From NCBI GenBank assembly GCA_009914755.4, contig CP068257.2, forward strand, positions 42,528,001 to 42,592,000: a DNA stretch of 64,000 nucleotides, given 5' to 3'. Source of the DNA: the human T2T-CHM13v2.0 reference genome, Homo sapiens. The notes beneath the pieces were generated by a model that worked only from the letters and a program-made list of their open reading frames with translations, was not told the origin of the DNA and did not search any database. Each line of letters starts with the position of its first letter. Positions within the stretch are counted from its first letter, which is position 1. Both the position numbers and the translations under genes were made by a program. Positions 43,028 through 57,346 of this stretch are shown one piece after another.

Positions 43028-45788
43028 CTAGCAAGGGGGAGATTGGCCGGAATCCTTTCCAAAAATGGCCACTCTTCAATTTGTAGAGGGACGTGTAGAG
43101 GGGGTCTGGAATGCGGGAGAGGCAGGGGCCAGGAGGTGCCAGGTGACCTGCTCTGATGGCTTCTCTTGAGTTATTGTTCCATCTGTTACAGTAGGCAGCT
43201 GGTCAGACATGAGCAGGGCAGGAGAGGGCCCTCCCAACCAGGAATGTCAGGCGACCATCAGTGTTGGTCGGGTGGCTGTTAACTGTCTCTCTAAAATAAT
43301 AATTGGTCACAGCCAACGCCAGGGAAAGGCAGCCTCCCAACAGACAGAAAAATCCTTCCCCATAAGACCTCAGGCATTGGGTGAGTGGGCTCAAGCATGT
43401 GTATTAAAAGGCAAAATTGTGGAGTGTAACTGGTCTATGGCCTCCTAGGGACATTTGACAGGTAAGGGAACAACGCCTCAGGTAAGCAGGCGCGCAACTC
43501 CAGTAAACACATAGCGCGTGCTCCTCCCGAGGGCTGGCAGCCGCTGCACATGTGGACAGCCCACCCCAAGGGAAGAATCAGGGGAGAAGGCAGGCCAGAC
43601 CCCGGAAGCGTGCCAACATATAAAACCCCAAGTCGAAGGTCAAACCACACACCTGTCCTTCAAGTCACCTGCTTGGCCCCCTTCCAAGCGTCCTTTCCTT
43701 CCTTTCATTCCTGCTCTAAAGCTTTTTAATAAATGTCACTCCTGCTCTAAAACTTGTCTCGGTCTCTTCTTCTGCCTTCTGCCCCTTGGTCGAATTCTTT
43801 CTTCTGAGGAGGTGAGAATTGCGGCTGCCGCAGACCTGTACGGATTTGCCACCGATCACAGGTTTTGGTGCCGTGTCACTTGGATAACTTCCACCACAAA
43901 CACATCTGGTGAAGGGGCTGCGCCATCGCGGGTCGCCCCCAGATTAGAAATCAATCACAGTCAATCTTGCAGTGAGTCTTTAGCCAGGAGTAAGCTCTGG
44001 CCTCAAAGTAACCCGCCTGCTGGGGAAGGAATTCTGGAGATGCCTGGTTCGTCCCAGGATCTGGCCCCCAAAGCTTCTAGGAAATAGATGACCAGACAGG
44101 TGAGCATGGTGTGCACTCAGCAAGCATCCAGATAAACAAATGTGCACAGGGCCCGGGAGCTGCAGGTGGGAGAGGGAAGGCAGTAGGCTCACAGCTTGCT
44201 CCCAGGCTGGATTTCAAGATGAAAGGAAGCACATCTGTAGTTTGCTCAAAGCCATGTCTTGAGACTGGGGAGAAAGGAGGAAAGAAAGGCCGTGTTAAAA
44301 CACAGTTCGAAGCTGAGCTGCTCGGTGACATAACGAGGCCTGTGCGACCACCCAGGAGGAGGTTTTTCAGGCTTCTCTGGGGTGGACATGGCCAAGCGGG
44401 GGTCACTTCAGTTGGCTGGGGACTTCGGGTTTTATTTTTGGTTTACACTGGCCTGGGATGGAACTGGGCAGTTCTAATGTGACTGGGTGTGTACTGGTGG
44501 CTTCACTCACCCAGGGCAGGCAGGCACCTGGAACCACGACTCAGAAAGAGGCAGGAAGGTGGAGTGAGAAGATGGAGCTATTAGGGGCGTGGCAGGGGCA
44601 GGTCAATCACCCTGAGGCTTCGGGGAGTTTCCTGGTCTCCGGAAGGGCAGTGTGCTCACCCTCCCCTGTGCATGGTGTTGTTAAGAGTGTTATCAGGAGT
44701 GTCTGCTGAGCTGTGACTTTGCTGTGCCATGCAAATACTCACAGGCAGCACTACTGTCAGGAAGATGGAGGCTGGGCCGGGAGGCTTGCTTTCAAGGCCA
44801 CGAGTGTCAAACCCACAAACTGCAGAGCAGAACAGCCTTGGCCAAGCAGATGAGGAGGGCCTCATCCTCCATCTCCCGCCACCATCCTCTTCCCAACTGA
44901 AGTCAGAGGCGGGGAGGTGGGAAGTCCTGTCAGAGGCAGGGAGGTGGGACGCCCTGGGCCAGACAGATGATCCAAAGCCCTTGGTTTTAGGTACCATCTC
45001 TTCGATGTTTCTTGGCTGAGTAAACCAGCCCAATCTCTTTTTTATAAAATGAGACCACAGGTTGGCCTGAGAATGGAGAGGAGTGAGGAATCTAGCTGTT
45101 CTGGGGCCCCGGGCTGTTCAGAATCCATTGTAAACCATTGGAAAGCAGGTTTGTGTATTTGTTTAACTGCATCTTGTGGCTGGTCATTGTCTCTGTCTAA
45201 GCTCTCACCCAGCCCGGCTGCCTTCCCTGAGTCCCCACCTGACCTGCACAACTGCTGAGGACGAAAGCCTGTGTCCCCGACATGCACGGGAGAGCAGTGT
45301 CTTCCCAGGCCCTAGAGTGCCTGGCTGTGTGGGCAGCCCCAGGGCACAGTCTTCTAAAGAACCTCATTGAGGGTCGGGGGTTGGGGGAGTGGGCTCCAGG
45401 GTCCACTCCCAACCTTACAGCTTTTACCTCCGGAATCCCCAGGCTTCTGTCAGGAGGGTGCCTGAGTGGCTTACAACAAGAACTTTGCCTATCCCTTTAC
45501 TGTTTGCAAAACACCATCTCAAAAATCAGTCAACATGGATTCCAAGTTTTGCCTTAGGCCACACTGGATGGAGTTGCCCCCGGCTGGAAGACAGGACCTT
45601 TATCCCCAGTGCCACAGGAGGATTCCCCTGTGTGGCCTCCCCACCGGCTGTGCCCTAAGATCAGTGCTGTGTGCACAGCCCAGCAGAGGAGCCCAGGAGA
45701 CTCCAGCAGGCAGGGAGCTGCTGCCCCAGGAGCACATTCCAGCATCTGGAAACACCTCCCACTGCAGCTGCAGGGGAAGTGCCTGGAA

Positions 45789-45900
45789 GAGAAGGAAAAG
45801 AAAGAGGAGGAGGAGGAAGAGGAGGAGGAGGAGGAAGAGGAGGAGGAGGAGGAAGAGGAGGAGGAGGAGGAAGAGGAGGAGGAGGAGGAAGAGGAGGAGG
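45789..45900. repeat. Purine-rich trinucleotide-based repeat (GAG)n/(GAGGAGGAGGAGGAAGAG)n
   Basis: The stretch reads gaggaggaggaggaagaggaggaggaggaggaagagg… It produces the poly-E and poly-R/K ORFs 45609..46247(+) and 45466..46032(+). Confidence 0.95.
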
Positions 45901-46845
45901 GTCGTGCCCACGCTCATGGCAAGCGTCACCCTGGAGCTTTCTGTCTCAGTCCAAGCACATCCACCTGCCCTTCCTCACTGCATTCTCCCAGGGGCCCCTG
46001 GCTGCACACAGGCATGGCCTGCATTTGCATAGAGGTTCTGGGCCCTTGGTGGAGGGCCTGGCCTGCCCCATCTTGGGTCCTGGCCCAGTGTTGTGGCTGC
46101 CAACCTGCCCTCAGAGCTTCACGGGAACCAAGGGCTCAGGCTCTGAGTGGAGTCCGGGTGGGCCTGGGCAGCCTTTGCCGGAGAGGCTCCTTCCTGACAT
46201 GGCTCTGCTGGAGGAGAAAGTGTCAGTTCCTCTCTCAGGCCCTGTAGACAGGTGTCCAGGTAGACAGGAAGTTCCAGAGGTGATTTTAGCTCAGTCTGTT
46301 ACTTTTCTTCTGGCAGGCTGGCTTTACTGTGGTTGTCCCTGTGGCCGTTGGCTGATGTTGCTGAAATTCCAGGGCTCTGGAGTGTCCACATGTCCACGGG
46401 ATGGGAAGCCTGTTGCAGACCAGCCACCACGTCCCTGCGGCTCAGGACCACGCTCCTGAAGCCCAGAGTCCTGCCCTGGGAGCAGGTCTCAGTCAGGACT
46501 GACTCCTGAGAAGAATGAGAGGGGAAGTGCCTCCAGGCCGGGATGCCAGCTATAGCAGCGCCCTCCAGCAACGTCCTGGAGGAAGCACCTCATTCGTGCC
46601 AAACTCACTGATTCTAATTCGTCATCGTGATTCTTCACAATGAAGAAAAACTCCAAGCCAGTGCCTTCCTGGGGCATGGCAGGCCTCCCTCTGGTCTGAG
46701 CAGGCAGCTGTGCCCAGACCTGGGCTCTTCCGAAGGCATGTGACTCCCTTGCACACAGCCGGGTTCTGCTTGATGCTTCTTCACGGTGGAGGCAGAGAAG
46801 TTCCCGGGGTTACCCCATCGTCGATAATTTCATCGTTGATACTTT

Positions 46846-47426
<581 letters not shown>

Positions 47427-47645
47427 TGAATTCTGGGTTCAGGAAAAAGGGATATGGGTAATGTGTAAAAGAAGAAAAAAATACAGATGATTTGGTTAAA
47501 AGCAATTCGATCAAACACAAATTACTCAAAAGGATTTCTTGGCAGAAATGAGATTATTTGAACAATAATGTTCGACAATATCCAATCTCTATCTGGTAAT
47601 TATCTGGATTTATCCAACCATAGGGTATTATTTCTAAATACCTAA

Positions 47646-47969
<324 letters not shown>

Positions 47970-47987
47970 AATTGACAAATTATTTTT

Positions 47988-48025
<38 letters not shown>

Positions 48026-48303
48026 CGGAGTCTCGCTCTGTCACCCAGGCTGGAGTACAGTGGTGCCATCTCGGCTCACTGCAAGCTCCGCCTCCCAGGT
48101 TCACACACCATTCTCTTGCCTCAGCCTCCTGAGTAGCTGGAACTACAGGCGCCCGCCACCACGCCCGGCTAATTTTTTGTATTTTTAGTAGAGATGGGGT
48201 TTCACCGTGTTAGCCAGGATGGTCTCGATCTCCTGACCCTGTGATCTGCCCGCCTCGGCCTCCCAAAGCACTGGGATTACAGGCGTGAGCCACCGCACCG
48301 GCC
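47988..48303 (-). mobile_element. AluY with a ~38-nt poly-T head
   Basis: The segment reads …agacggagtctcgctctgtcacccaggctggagtacagtggtgcc…ggtttcaccgtgttagccaggatggtctcgatctcctgaccctgtgatctgcccgcc…gtgagccaccgcaccggcc. Confidence 0.95.
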
Positions 48304-48335
48304 TGTTTTTAATTTTTATTTATTTATTTATTTAT

Positions 48336-48628
<293 letters not shown>

Positions 48629-48785
48629 TAGCATATAAAATATGACTTAATTGTGGATTTTTATAGTTATGGACCCTAATGGGCATAATGAAAGTTATGT
48701 ATGGAAGCACACCTCAGAGCAAAAATACTTAGAGTGAACCATGGTAATAAGGCTTCAGAGTCCTTTATTTATGTATTTATTTATT

Positions 48786-48985
48786 TGAGACGGCGTCTCA
48801 CTCTGTTGTCCAGGCTGGAGTACAGTGGCACAATCACAGCTCACTGCAGCTTCGACTTCTCAGGTTCAATGGATCCTCCCGCTTCAGCCTCCTGAGTAGC
48901 TGGGACTACAAGTGTGCGCCACCATACCCGGCTAATTTTTTAAAAATGTTTTACAGAGATGGGGTCTCACCATGTTGCCCAGGCT
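48786..48985 (-). mobile_element. Alu, truncated (right arm plus part of the left arm), preceded by (TTTA)n
   Basis: It runs from tgagacggcgtctcactctgttgtccaggctggagtacagtggcacaatcacagctcactgcagc to …acagagatggggtctcaccatgttgcccaggctg. Confidence 0.88.
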
Positions 48986-49059
48986 GAGATTATTTTTATT
49001 AAAAAAAAAAGATTGCAATATGAACTCTCTCCCTTCCTAAACAGATAATGCAGACTTTT

Positions 49060-49111
49060 TTCCTTTCAAATGAAGAGGTTTTATTGGAAGTTGCATAGAG
49101 AACACAGTCAG
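49060..49111 (-). other. ICOSLG: 3'UTR and poly(A) signal of the alternative ICOSLG terminal exon (AATAAA at 49078-49083, minus strand); likely 3' end of the gene
   Basis: On the minus strand …CTCTATGCAACTTCCAATAAAACCTCTTCATTTG… carries AATAAA about 30 nt after the stop. A cleavage site some 15-25 nt further downstream would sit near 49055-49065. Confidence 0.55.
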
Positions 49112-49143
49112 TCACGAGAGCAGAAGGAGCAGGTTCCAGGATT
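49112..49143 (-). CDS. ICOSLG: ICOSLG alternative terminal exon, coding part: (G)AA TCC TGG AAC CTG CTC CTT CTG CTC TCG TGA = E-S-W-N-L-L-L-L-L-S-stop
   Basis: The minus strand reads ccccag|AATCCTGGAACCTGCTCCTTCTGCTCTCGTGA. When joined in phase to the exon-5 donor this gives …SPETELT-ESWNLLLLLS*. That matches the alternative C-terminus I recall for ICOSLG isoform 2, where GHV is replaced by ESWNLLLLLS. It has a canonical acceptor with a pyrimidine tract. Confidence 0.65.
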
Positions 49144-49404
49144 CTGGGGAGATAAGGGTCCAAGCTGAGAACTCCCCTGAGAAGTCTGTGTGCAGACAGC
49201 CCCGGGTGATCCTGGCTGTCCAAGGGCTGAGGGCGGGTTGGGAAGGGCCCTCATCACCCCAGGGGCCAGCTCCCCACATAGCAGCTGAGTAGCACCCAGA
49301 GAACCCGGATCTTCACTCAAGGTGGCTGGCAGCAGAGCCACAGCCCAGGCCACCAAAGCCACCAGAGCCCCTGTGTGGCAAGGATCATGATGCGAGGGTG
49401 GTGA

Positions 49405-50388
<984 letters not shown>

Positions 50389-50488
50389 TGTTTATTTTGT
50401 TTGTTTGTTTAACTCCCCCTGCACCTCCGCCAAAAAAAAAAAAATAAAAGAAAAAGAAAAACTAACCTGTAACTCTGAAGTGTCTGGT

Positions 50489-50775
50489 AGCCAGGTGCGG
50501 TGGCTCGCACCTGTAATCCCAGCACTTTGGGAGGTCGAGGTGGGCAGATCATTTGAGGTCAGGAGTTTGAAACCAGCCTGACCAACATGGTGAAACCCTG
50601 TCTCTACTAAAAATACAATTACCTGGGCATGGTGGCGCACACCTGTAATCCCAGCTACTTGGGAGGCTGAGGCAGAATTGCTTGAGTTCGGGAGGCAGAT
50701 GTTGCAATGAGCAGAGATTGCACTCCAGCCTAGGTGACAGAGCGATACTCTGGCTCAAAAAAAATAAAATAATAA
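50489..50775 (+). mobile_element. Alu (full length)
   Basis: It runs from agccaggtgcggtggctcgcacctgtaatcccagcactttgggaggtcgaggtgggcagatcatttgaggtcagg to …gcgatactctggctcaaaaaaaataaaataataaa. Confidence 0.93.
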
Positions 50776-51591
50776 AGTCTCTTGCCTTTGGAGTCGGGCA
50801 TGAAATCTTAATCCGTGAGTTTTCTACCTGGGCCATGGTGGGCCACTGACCACCTTCGGCCTGGATGAAGGCTGGCCCCCAGAGGGTTGCCAAGCTTTGC
50901 CAGTGCTCCCTGGCCTGCGTGGGGCCTGGCTGAGGGCGAGGGCAACAGGAATGCATTGTGTCTGGGGCTGAGCAGGACTTGCGGTGCCTGGGCCCTTTGA
51001 GCCTGGTGACTCCTGAGTGTGACTCCTGAGTCTGACCCCATCACCCGTGTGGGCTGACACCAGCACCTTCCACGCTGTGCTTCTGTGTTTGCCGCCGGTC
51101 TCCAGGAGTGGCCGCTTCTCCATCAAATAATACTCCAGTCTTCACGCCCATGGCTTCCCCCAGACCCCAGCCCAGCCCGAGAACAAACGCTCCATTTTCC
51201 CTCCCTTACAGCTGCGGTGGTTGCCACCACATGGAAGGCCCAGAGGAAGGGAGGTCTGGAGTGGCCTGGAGCTGTGGCCTCCCCAGGCTACGGCCAGACC
51301 CACCAGGAGGAAGCCCCTTGCAGGCTCTAAGGTTAACGCCGCCAAACCAAGTCCTGATCCTGAGAGGCTGGCTCAGGATGAGGATGGGCGGTGGTGTCAT
51401 GCACAGGCACCTGAGGTCCCTGGCTGCTGTGGCACGGAGAGGCCCCCACGGAAGGACTCCGCAGGTGCTGGAGCTCGCTCCCTGCATGGACAGCTGCAGC
51501 CTGGGCAGGGATAGGGGAGCAAAGCTGCAGGCCCGGCTCATCATGGAAATTCAGACCGGTGAGCCATGGAAGGACATCGCCAAGTCCATGT

Positions 51592-51850
51592 AGGGTGAGC
51601 TGGGGACAGCATGGGGAGTGGGAGGGGGGACAGTGGGGAGAGGGGAGAGCGGGGTGAGCTGGGTACAGCATGGGGAGGGGGACAGTGGGGAGGGGGGAGA
51701 GCGGGGGGAGCCTGGGGACAGCATGGGGAGTGGTGGGGGTGGGGGAAGGTGGAGGGAGGGCAGTGCATGGAGGACAGTGGAAGAGGGAGGCAGTGGTGAC
51801 AGTGGAGAGGGAAGACAGTGGGGAGGTAGAAGGGAGGAGGGTAGGACAGT
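51592..51850. repeat. G-rich tandem repeat with a ~60-bp unit (gagctggggacagcatggggagtgggaggggggacagtggggagaggggagagcggggt), 3 copies decaying into a G-rich tract
   Basis: Periodicity is visible by eye, and runs of GGGG/GGGGGG occur on the plus strand. Confidence 0.88.
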
Positions 51851-53509
51851 CCAGCCCCCATTGGCAGGGGCAGCTGGGGAGAGCAGGCCCCGCCTTTGTG
51901 TGCCCCAGGGCCTGGGCCTGCCTGGTTAAGAGTCTGCACACTCCTAGAGCTGGAGCTTCTCAATGTCGCTCTTGGAAGGTGACCCCACACTCCGCTGGGG
52001 ATAATGCAGGGGGCCCAGGGGTCCTCCCTGGGAAAAGTGTGCTGTGCCCCGCCATAGGGTTCGTGGCAGAAGCCCCTCCCCTGAGCTCAGGCCTCACCTC
52101 CGGCCACTGAAGACAAGGAGATGCAGAGAGGAGGCCTCTGGAGTCTTGCCCCTTACCCCTGCACCCCTGCAGCACAGGCAGGGTGTGGTGGCCGTCTTGG
52201 AGGCACCCGGGCCTGGACAGCTATTCCAAAGCCATAGCTGCCCTCCCCAGGGTGGGTCGCTTGGTCTTAGGAGCGTCCAAGCTGCAGAGCCCAGTAGACA
52301 GAACCTGGATCCAGCGCCTCACTTTACAGGAGGGGAAACTGAGGCACAAGCATGTGCTACCTGGCTCGGGGGCCAGCAGGCAGCCTTTTCCCTTCTGTCA
52401 CCTGCCCTAGGGATGGACCGCCCCATCTGCCAGCCTTGACTGGAGCCTCCCTGGTGGATGTTTACCGCACACCTACTACGTGCAGGGTGGTGCAGCTGGC
52501 GAGAGTCCCCTCTCCTGTTCCACAGACCGGCAAGGTTCCCCTGAGCCCTGGGGCAGGCAGGACCTTTGGCTGGAGGTGGGTGTGCAGGGCAGGGTCTCTG
52601 AGGGGAGACCTCAGACTGTGGACTTGCGGGTGGACGCTTCTCTCTGTCGGGGCCTCCCGTGTCCAGAAGATGTTGAACAGCATCTGAGGCTTCCACCCGC
52701 TGAAGCCGAGGAACAGCCCCCAGCTGTGACAACCCAAAATGCCTCCAGACCTGGCCCCATGTCCTCCAGGGGGACGGAACAGCCTGGTGTAGGGCAGGGT
52801 CCCCTGAGCAGGAGTGGCACCTGTTCCTGCTCATACCACAGACAGCTGAGCTGGCTGTGCCCAAGACTCCCTGCACCCACCAAAGCCACTGGATACAGGC
52901 ACGATTTGCATCTTACTCTCTTAAGTCAGGTTTCTGGAGATGGCTGTCCCAACACTGGAATCCAGCCTGTCTACAGCAAGGGAGAAAGAGGAAGCTGATG
53001 TTGGGCTGAGAGGGGCAGGCGTTACAGGGTAGGTCTCACAAATGCCGACGTGACAGGCAGGGCTTCTGAGGGGGCTTCAGGGACCAGCAGGGAGGCGAGA
53101 CTCAGGCACTGACCCGCAGAGAGCATGGCCTTGGACGCACAGTGGTGACAGCAGCCTCCAAGTGTCCCCCGTGCCCTCAGGCATGAGGGACAGAAGCTTC
53201 TGGGGCCCCTGCCTCTTTCCTGCCCATCCCCTGGTGAAGGAAAATCGCCTCTGATAGGAAAAGCTGGGGCCAGACTCCCTCTCCCTGCATTAGTGTCGCC
53301 GTCCTGCCTGTGAGGTCCCCGGGCCCAGGGCACCTCCCGGGACACCCGAGTGGTGATGCACGACCCTCAGTCCTGGGGCTTAGGACCTCTGGGTGCCCCC
53401 GCAGGTCCGTCCTGGAGTCACTTCACAGTCACTGCAAATGGGCACCACAGCCCACTTTCCAACGCCCCAACTTTCCACACCCAAGCAGCTCCTTGTCCCT
53501 GCCAATCAA

Positions 53510-55100
53510 TGCCCGGTGATGACAACTGTTCTTTTATAAACACCACACATCTTCTAATGCTTTCATGTTAAAAGCGGGAGTGGATCCCACATTCACCTAA
53601 AGGCTCAGGTAGGGACTTTTTTTGCAGAAAACCAATTTCTTGTAACAAGTACTGGAACCTCATTGTAGCCTTGAGTCCTCACTCCTCCTTTTGTTCTAAG
53701 TCTGGGTCTGAGAAGTGCAGGCCTCACACAGCTGTCAGTTCCAAGTGACCAGGGCTGTAACAGGTCCTGGCTGACCCTGGGAATGTCAGGGGATTCTGGG
53801 AAGTAAGAAGGAGGGGCATTTGCCCATAGCCCCGGGGCAGACAATGTGTCCCGAGGGCCAGGCCAGGCTGTCTACTCCATCTCCCTGGGGCGAGTGCACC
53901 TCGGGTCACCTGGCAGCATCCTTTCCAGCCCTTCTGGAGACAGTCAGCAGCTGATTCATTCCGGGAACCAGCATGGCAGGTGCCGGGGCTGGTCAGGGCC
54001 CAGGGCTGTACCCCTCAGCACTGGACCACCCCGTCTCCTGCCCCCTTGGGACTGTTGGGCTCCGAGGAGCCTGGCGCTGGGGTCGGAGGTCTTCATCAGG
54101 ACCCTGGGGACCCTCAGGGTTGAGTGGGGTGGGGCTGCTGAGGGTGGTGGGGGCCGGGGGAGCCACCTCTCACTTTGGGGATCATTGCTGAGGTGAGAAG
54201 GGGGACTGTGGCCACCAGGTGATACCCTCTCCATGCACCTAACTGCTGCTCAGGACTCTGGGGACCGTGTTGCCAGGCCTGCGCCTGCTGGACATGGGCG
54301 TCTCCAGCCCTGCTGGGCTGTGTCTTTCTCGCTGCAGAGCCAAGAGCCCCGGCAGCCCCTGTAGCCAAACACGGCCCTGGCACAGCCTTTCTTCTGGCAA
54401 ACTCCACCCGTGCGTCTTCCAAAGGTGGCTCAACTTTTCACCGGAACAGCCGAGGGACATTGTTCCTCCCAGGGAATGTGGCAGAGGACACTGAAGCCCA
54501 GTGGGGACTTCCGGGGGCTCCTCGGTGTGGACGGCTAACTACACTTGTGGGCACACACATGAGTGGGTCCTGTGGCTTCCGGGCGGGAGGCAGGTTGGGA
54601 GCGTTCAGGGCAGAAGAGCTCCTGTGACCGTGTCCCCTGCAAACAGCCTCGCGTGACCCCAGCAGCACAGAGGCCGTCCTGGAAGAGCGGACGCCCAGTC
54701 TTCTTTTTAAACCAAACACCCTTCGGTCTCAGGATCCCGCATCCCACGGGAAGACCCACAGTGGGTCTGGGGTACTGGGAAGAGCCTGGTGCTGAATCCC
54801 GCACGCTCCGGGTAGAGACAGCCCATCACCAGTCCCTTCCTGTGGGTGACTGGCAGTGACAGCGGGGAGCCCACTCACTTGGGGACATTTGCCTTTGGTG
54901 TGGATGACGCTTTTGAAAGGGCCTCATTCCAGGATCACAGCCAACGCCAGCAGGTTCTCCCTGGGATCCAGCAGTGGTCCTTCTGGGGGCTGCCCCAAGT
55001 GCTCCCCTGCAGTCTGGGAGTCCATGCTCAAGCTGCCACCTGGCCTCTCACGGTGGCGTCTCACGGAAGCCCTGTCCACGCTCTGGGCGGTGAGCTCCGG
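53510..55100 (-). other. ICOSLG: ICOSLG canonical 3'UTR, extent uncertain; possible variant poly(A) hexamer TATAAA at 53533-53538 on the minus strand
   Basis: The sequence is contiguous and repeat-free below the stop codon. No AATAAA or ATTAAA occurs on the minus strand between 52.9 and 55.1 kb, only a TATAAA variant. The true cleavage site cannot be fixed from sequence alone. Confidence 0.35.
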
Positions 55101-55111
55101 TCAAACGTGGC
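55101..55111 (-). CDS. ICOSLG: ICOSLG canonical terminal exon, coding part: (G)GC CAC GTT TGA = Gly-His-Val-stop
   Basis: The acceptor is ttccaag|GCCACGTTTGA on the minus strand. This completes …AWAVSPETELTGHV*, the C-terminus of the canonical 302-aa isoform as I remember it. With a 55-nt exon 1 the CDS exons sum to 909 nt, which equals 302 codons plus stop. Confidence 0.8.
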
Positions 55112-55659
55112 CTTGGAAGGGAGATGAAGGAGAGAGAGGAACATGAAGCACCCCTTTCCCTTCTGCAGGCAGACGTCGGTTTTCTCAGGACTCAGCTTGG
55201 TGGAAACACAGGGTTTAAAGCTTCGGAAACAGCGGCCTGTTCAGGGAACTTCGACTGGCTCCGACGGGAACAGGCCGGCCGTGTTTTTAGCAAGCTGTGT
55301 TCCTGCATCATCTGGATGGGCCGACCTGGCCTTGGAAGTGCGTTTCTGCGGTCGGCCATCAGCTCGCCTGGGTCCACAGGTGACACCACAGCGTGGTGGC
55401 TGCGCACACCCTGAGCCCACTGTCCCCGGGGAACCCCTTCTCCTGGGCGGCAAACAGGGCTCGGAGGGGATCCTGGCCCATGGCGGGGAGCCCGGCTGGC
55501 CTGCCTGCGAAGCCCAGCGCCCCTTGCAGCCAGAGGCACCTGCCAGGTGGGTGACCGTGTGTGGACATTTTTCCCAAATTGGACAGGAATCCACATCTAT
55601 GTTGCTCCTGGAACTGAGGGGCAAACGAGAGCTGCAGGAGTGGCTGCCACAGAGAGAAG

Positions 55660-55850
55660 CTGGCGGTGCCCGGACCCGCTCCGGACACCCCACAGGGGCT
55701 GGGCGCCGGTGCCTGGACCCGCCCTGGACACCCCACGGGGGCTGGGCGCCGGTGCCTGGACCCACTCCGGACACCCCATGGGGGCTGGGCGCCGGTGCCT
55801 GGACCCGCCCTGGACACCCTGGTTGGGGCTGGGCACTGGGGAGCGCGGGG
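55660..55850. repeat. GC-rich tandem repeat with a 42-bp unit (ccggacaccccacaggggctgggcgccggtgcctggacccgc), ~4 copies, inside ICOSLG intron 5 (last intron)
   Basis: Four head-to-tail units carry several CpGs each. Confidence 0.92.
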
Positions 55851-56120
55851 GTCTAGCACTCGTCTCTCTGCTTCTGTGCATGTTGGGAAAATCCCATCGC
55901 AGTGTGACAAAGTGCACACCAGGATGCCATCCCATGCCAAGGGGAGGCTGCAGGAAATGCCATGCGCACCATCGAGGGCTTCGCTGCGTCTCCAGGAACA
56001 ACAGTTGTTCAAGGCAAGGGACTTTTGCCTTTTGAAAGTTTTTTGAAACTCTGAAAGACAGCTGGCAGCCAAGCCTCCCCTGGGCCCCCCAGAACCTGCT
56101 GCTTCCCACGGCAAACTCAC

Positions 56121-56156
56121 CAGTGAGCTCTGTCTCCGGACTCACAGCCCAGGCAC
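56121..56156 (-). CDS. ICOSLG: ICOSLG exon 5 (36-nt micro-exon): (G)AWAVSPETELT(G)
   Basis: The minus-strand sequence GTGCCTGGGCTGTGAGTCCGGAGACAGAGCTCACTG is flanked by acceptor tcctccag| and donor |gtgagt. Its phase links exon 4 (…SYA-G) to the terminal exon (G-HV*). Confidence 0.88.
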
Positions 56157-56943
56157 CTGGAGGACAAACCAAAATGGTCAGGGCAGCAGCGATGGGGGGT
56201 GTCCCTAAAGCCCCTGGTGTTCCTGAGCTCTCAGCAGCCCCCTAAACACCCTACTTGGAAGTCTCCCCAAGGCTCCCAGCTCCAGGCGGGGAAAACACTC
56301 ACAGATGAGGGGCTCCCCAGGCCACGTGGCTTTTGAGAAAGATCCTCTTAAAGGGGTACGTGCCTGGGAAGCACTTAAAATGCTGTGACCTGGATCTGGG
56401 GCCCTTCTGCGGCCCAGCCAGCAGTGGCATCATGGCCGTGGAAGATGTTTCTGGGATGACTGAGATTGGCCACAAATGGGAAAGCCAGGGGCAGCCCACA
56501 GGAGCCGCCCCTACTCCGTGGCCACTGCGCCTGCACTCCATTGACTGCCACCCTTGGGGGGTTCTGGGAAGAGCCCCCCCCGTCATCAGGACCATCACTG
56601 CAGCCAACGTTCAGGGCTTCCTGCGCCACTGCGTCCTGCTGCTGTGTCTTACATGGCTGAAACACAGACCTCCGGGCTCTGTCGCGGAGCTGGCCAGAGT
56701 CACAGACCCACAGGGCAGGAGTGCTCAAGGCAGCCTCAGCGGCTTCCCTGGAAATGACCACCACCCCGGCCTCTACATGCAGAAGCCACCCTGCCCACCC
56801 GACCTGCAGGGCAGACCTCGCAGCGCCCTTCTGGCTTGGCAGTGTCAGGAATGTCAGAGATGCTGGGTTTCAAAACCACTTTGTGGGATAGTTCGGGTTG
56901 CTAAGCCTCATGAATATTAGTGCTACCACAACAAAGTTCCTTT

Positions 56944-57235
56944 GTTTTTTTGGGGGGGACAGAGTCTTGCTCTGTCGCCCAGGCTGGAGTGTAGTGGCGT
57001 GATCTCGGCTCACTGCAAGCCCCGCCTCCCGGGTTCACGCCATTCTCCTGCCTCAGCCTCATGAGTAGCTGGGACTACAGGCGCCTGCCACACGCCCGGC
57101 TAATTTTTTGTATTTTTAGTAGAGACGGGGTTTCACCGTGTTAGCCAGGATGGTCTCGATCTCCTGATCTCGTGATCCACTCGCCTCGGCCTCCCAAAGT
57201 GCTGGGATTACAGGCGTGAGCCACCGTGCCCAGCC
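56944..57235 (-). mobile_element. AluY in ICOSLG intron 4
   Basis: The segment reads …gacagagtcttgctctgtcgcccaggctggagtgtagtggcgtg…ggtttcaccgtgttagccaggatggtctcgatctcctgatctcgtgatccactcgcc…gtgagccaccgtgcccagcc. Confidence 0.95.
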
Positions 57236-57346
57236 TACCACAATAAAGTTTCAAGCTAAATCAGTATCAGTGAGGGAAGTTAAAGCAGGCAAACATTCAC
57301 ACCAACAGGACAAACACTAACATCCACAATATGGGGCCGTCTCTAC

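Noticed and set aside
55597-56172. A 191-aa minus-strand ORF containing GAWAVSPETELTGEF…, apparently extending the ICOSLG tail
   Set aside because: It is read-through of the exon-5 donor (ACTG|gtgagt) into intron 5 and the GC-rich 42-bp repeat. The correct splice joins to GCCACGTTTGA at 55111, or to AATCCTGG… at 49143, and gives the ICOSLG C-termini as I remember them.
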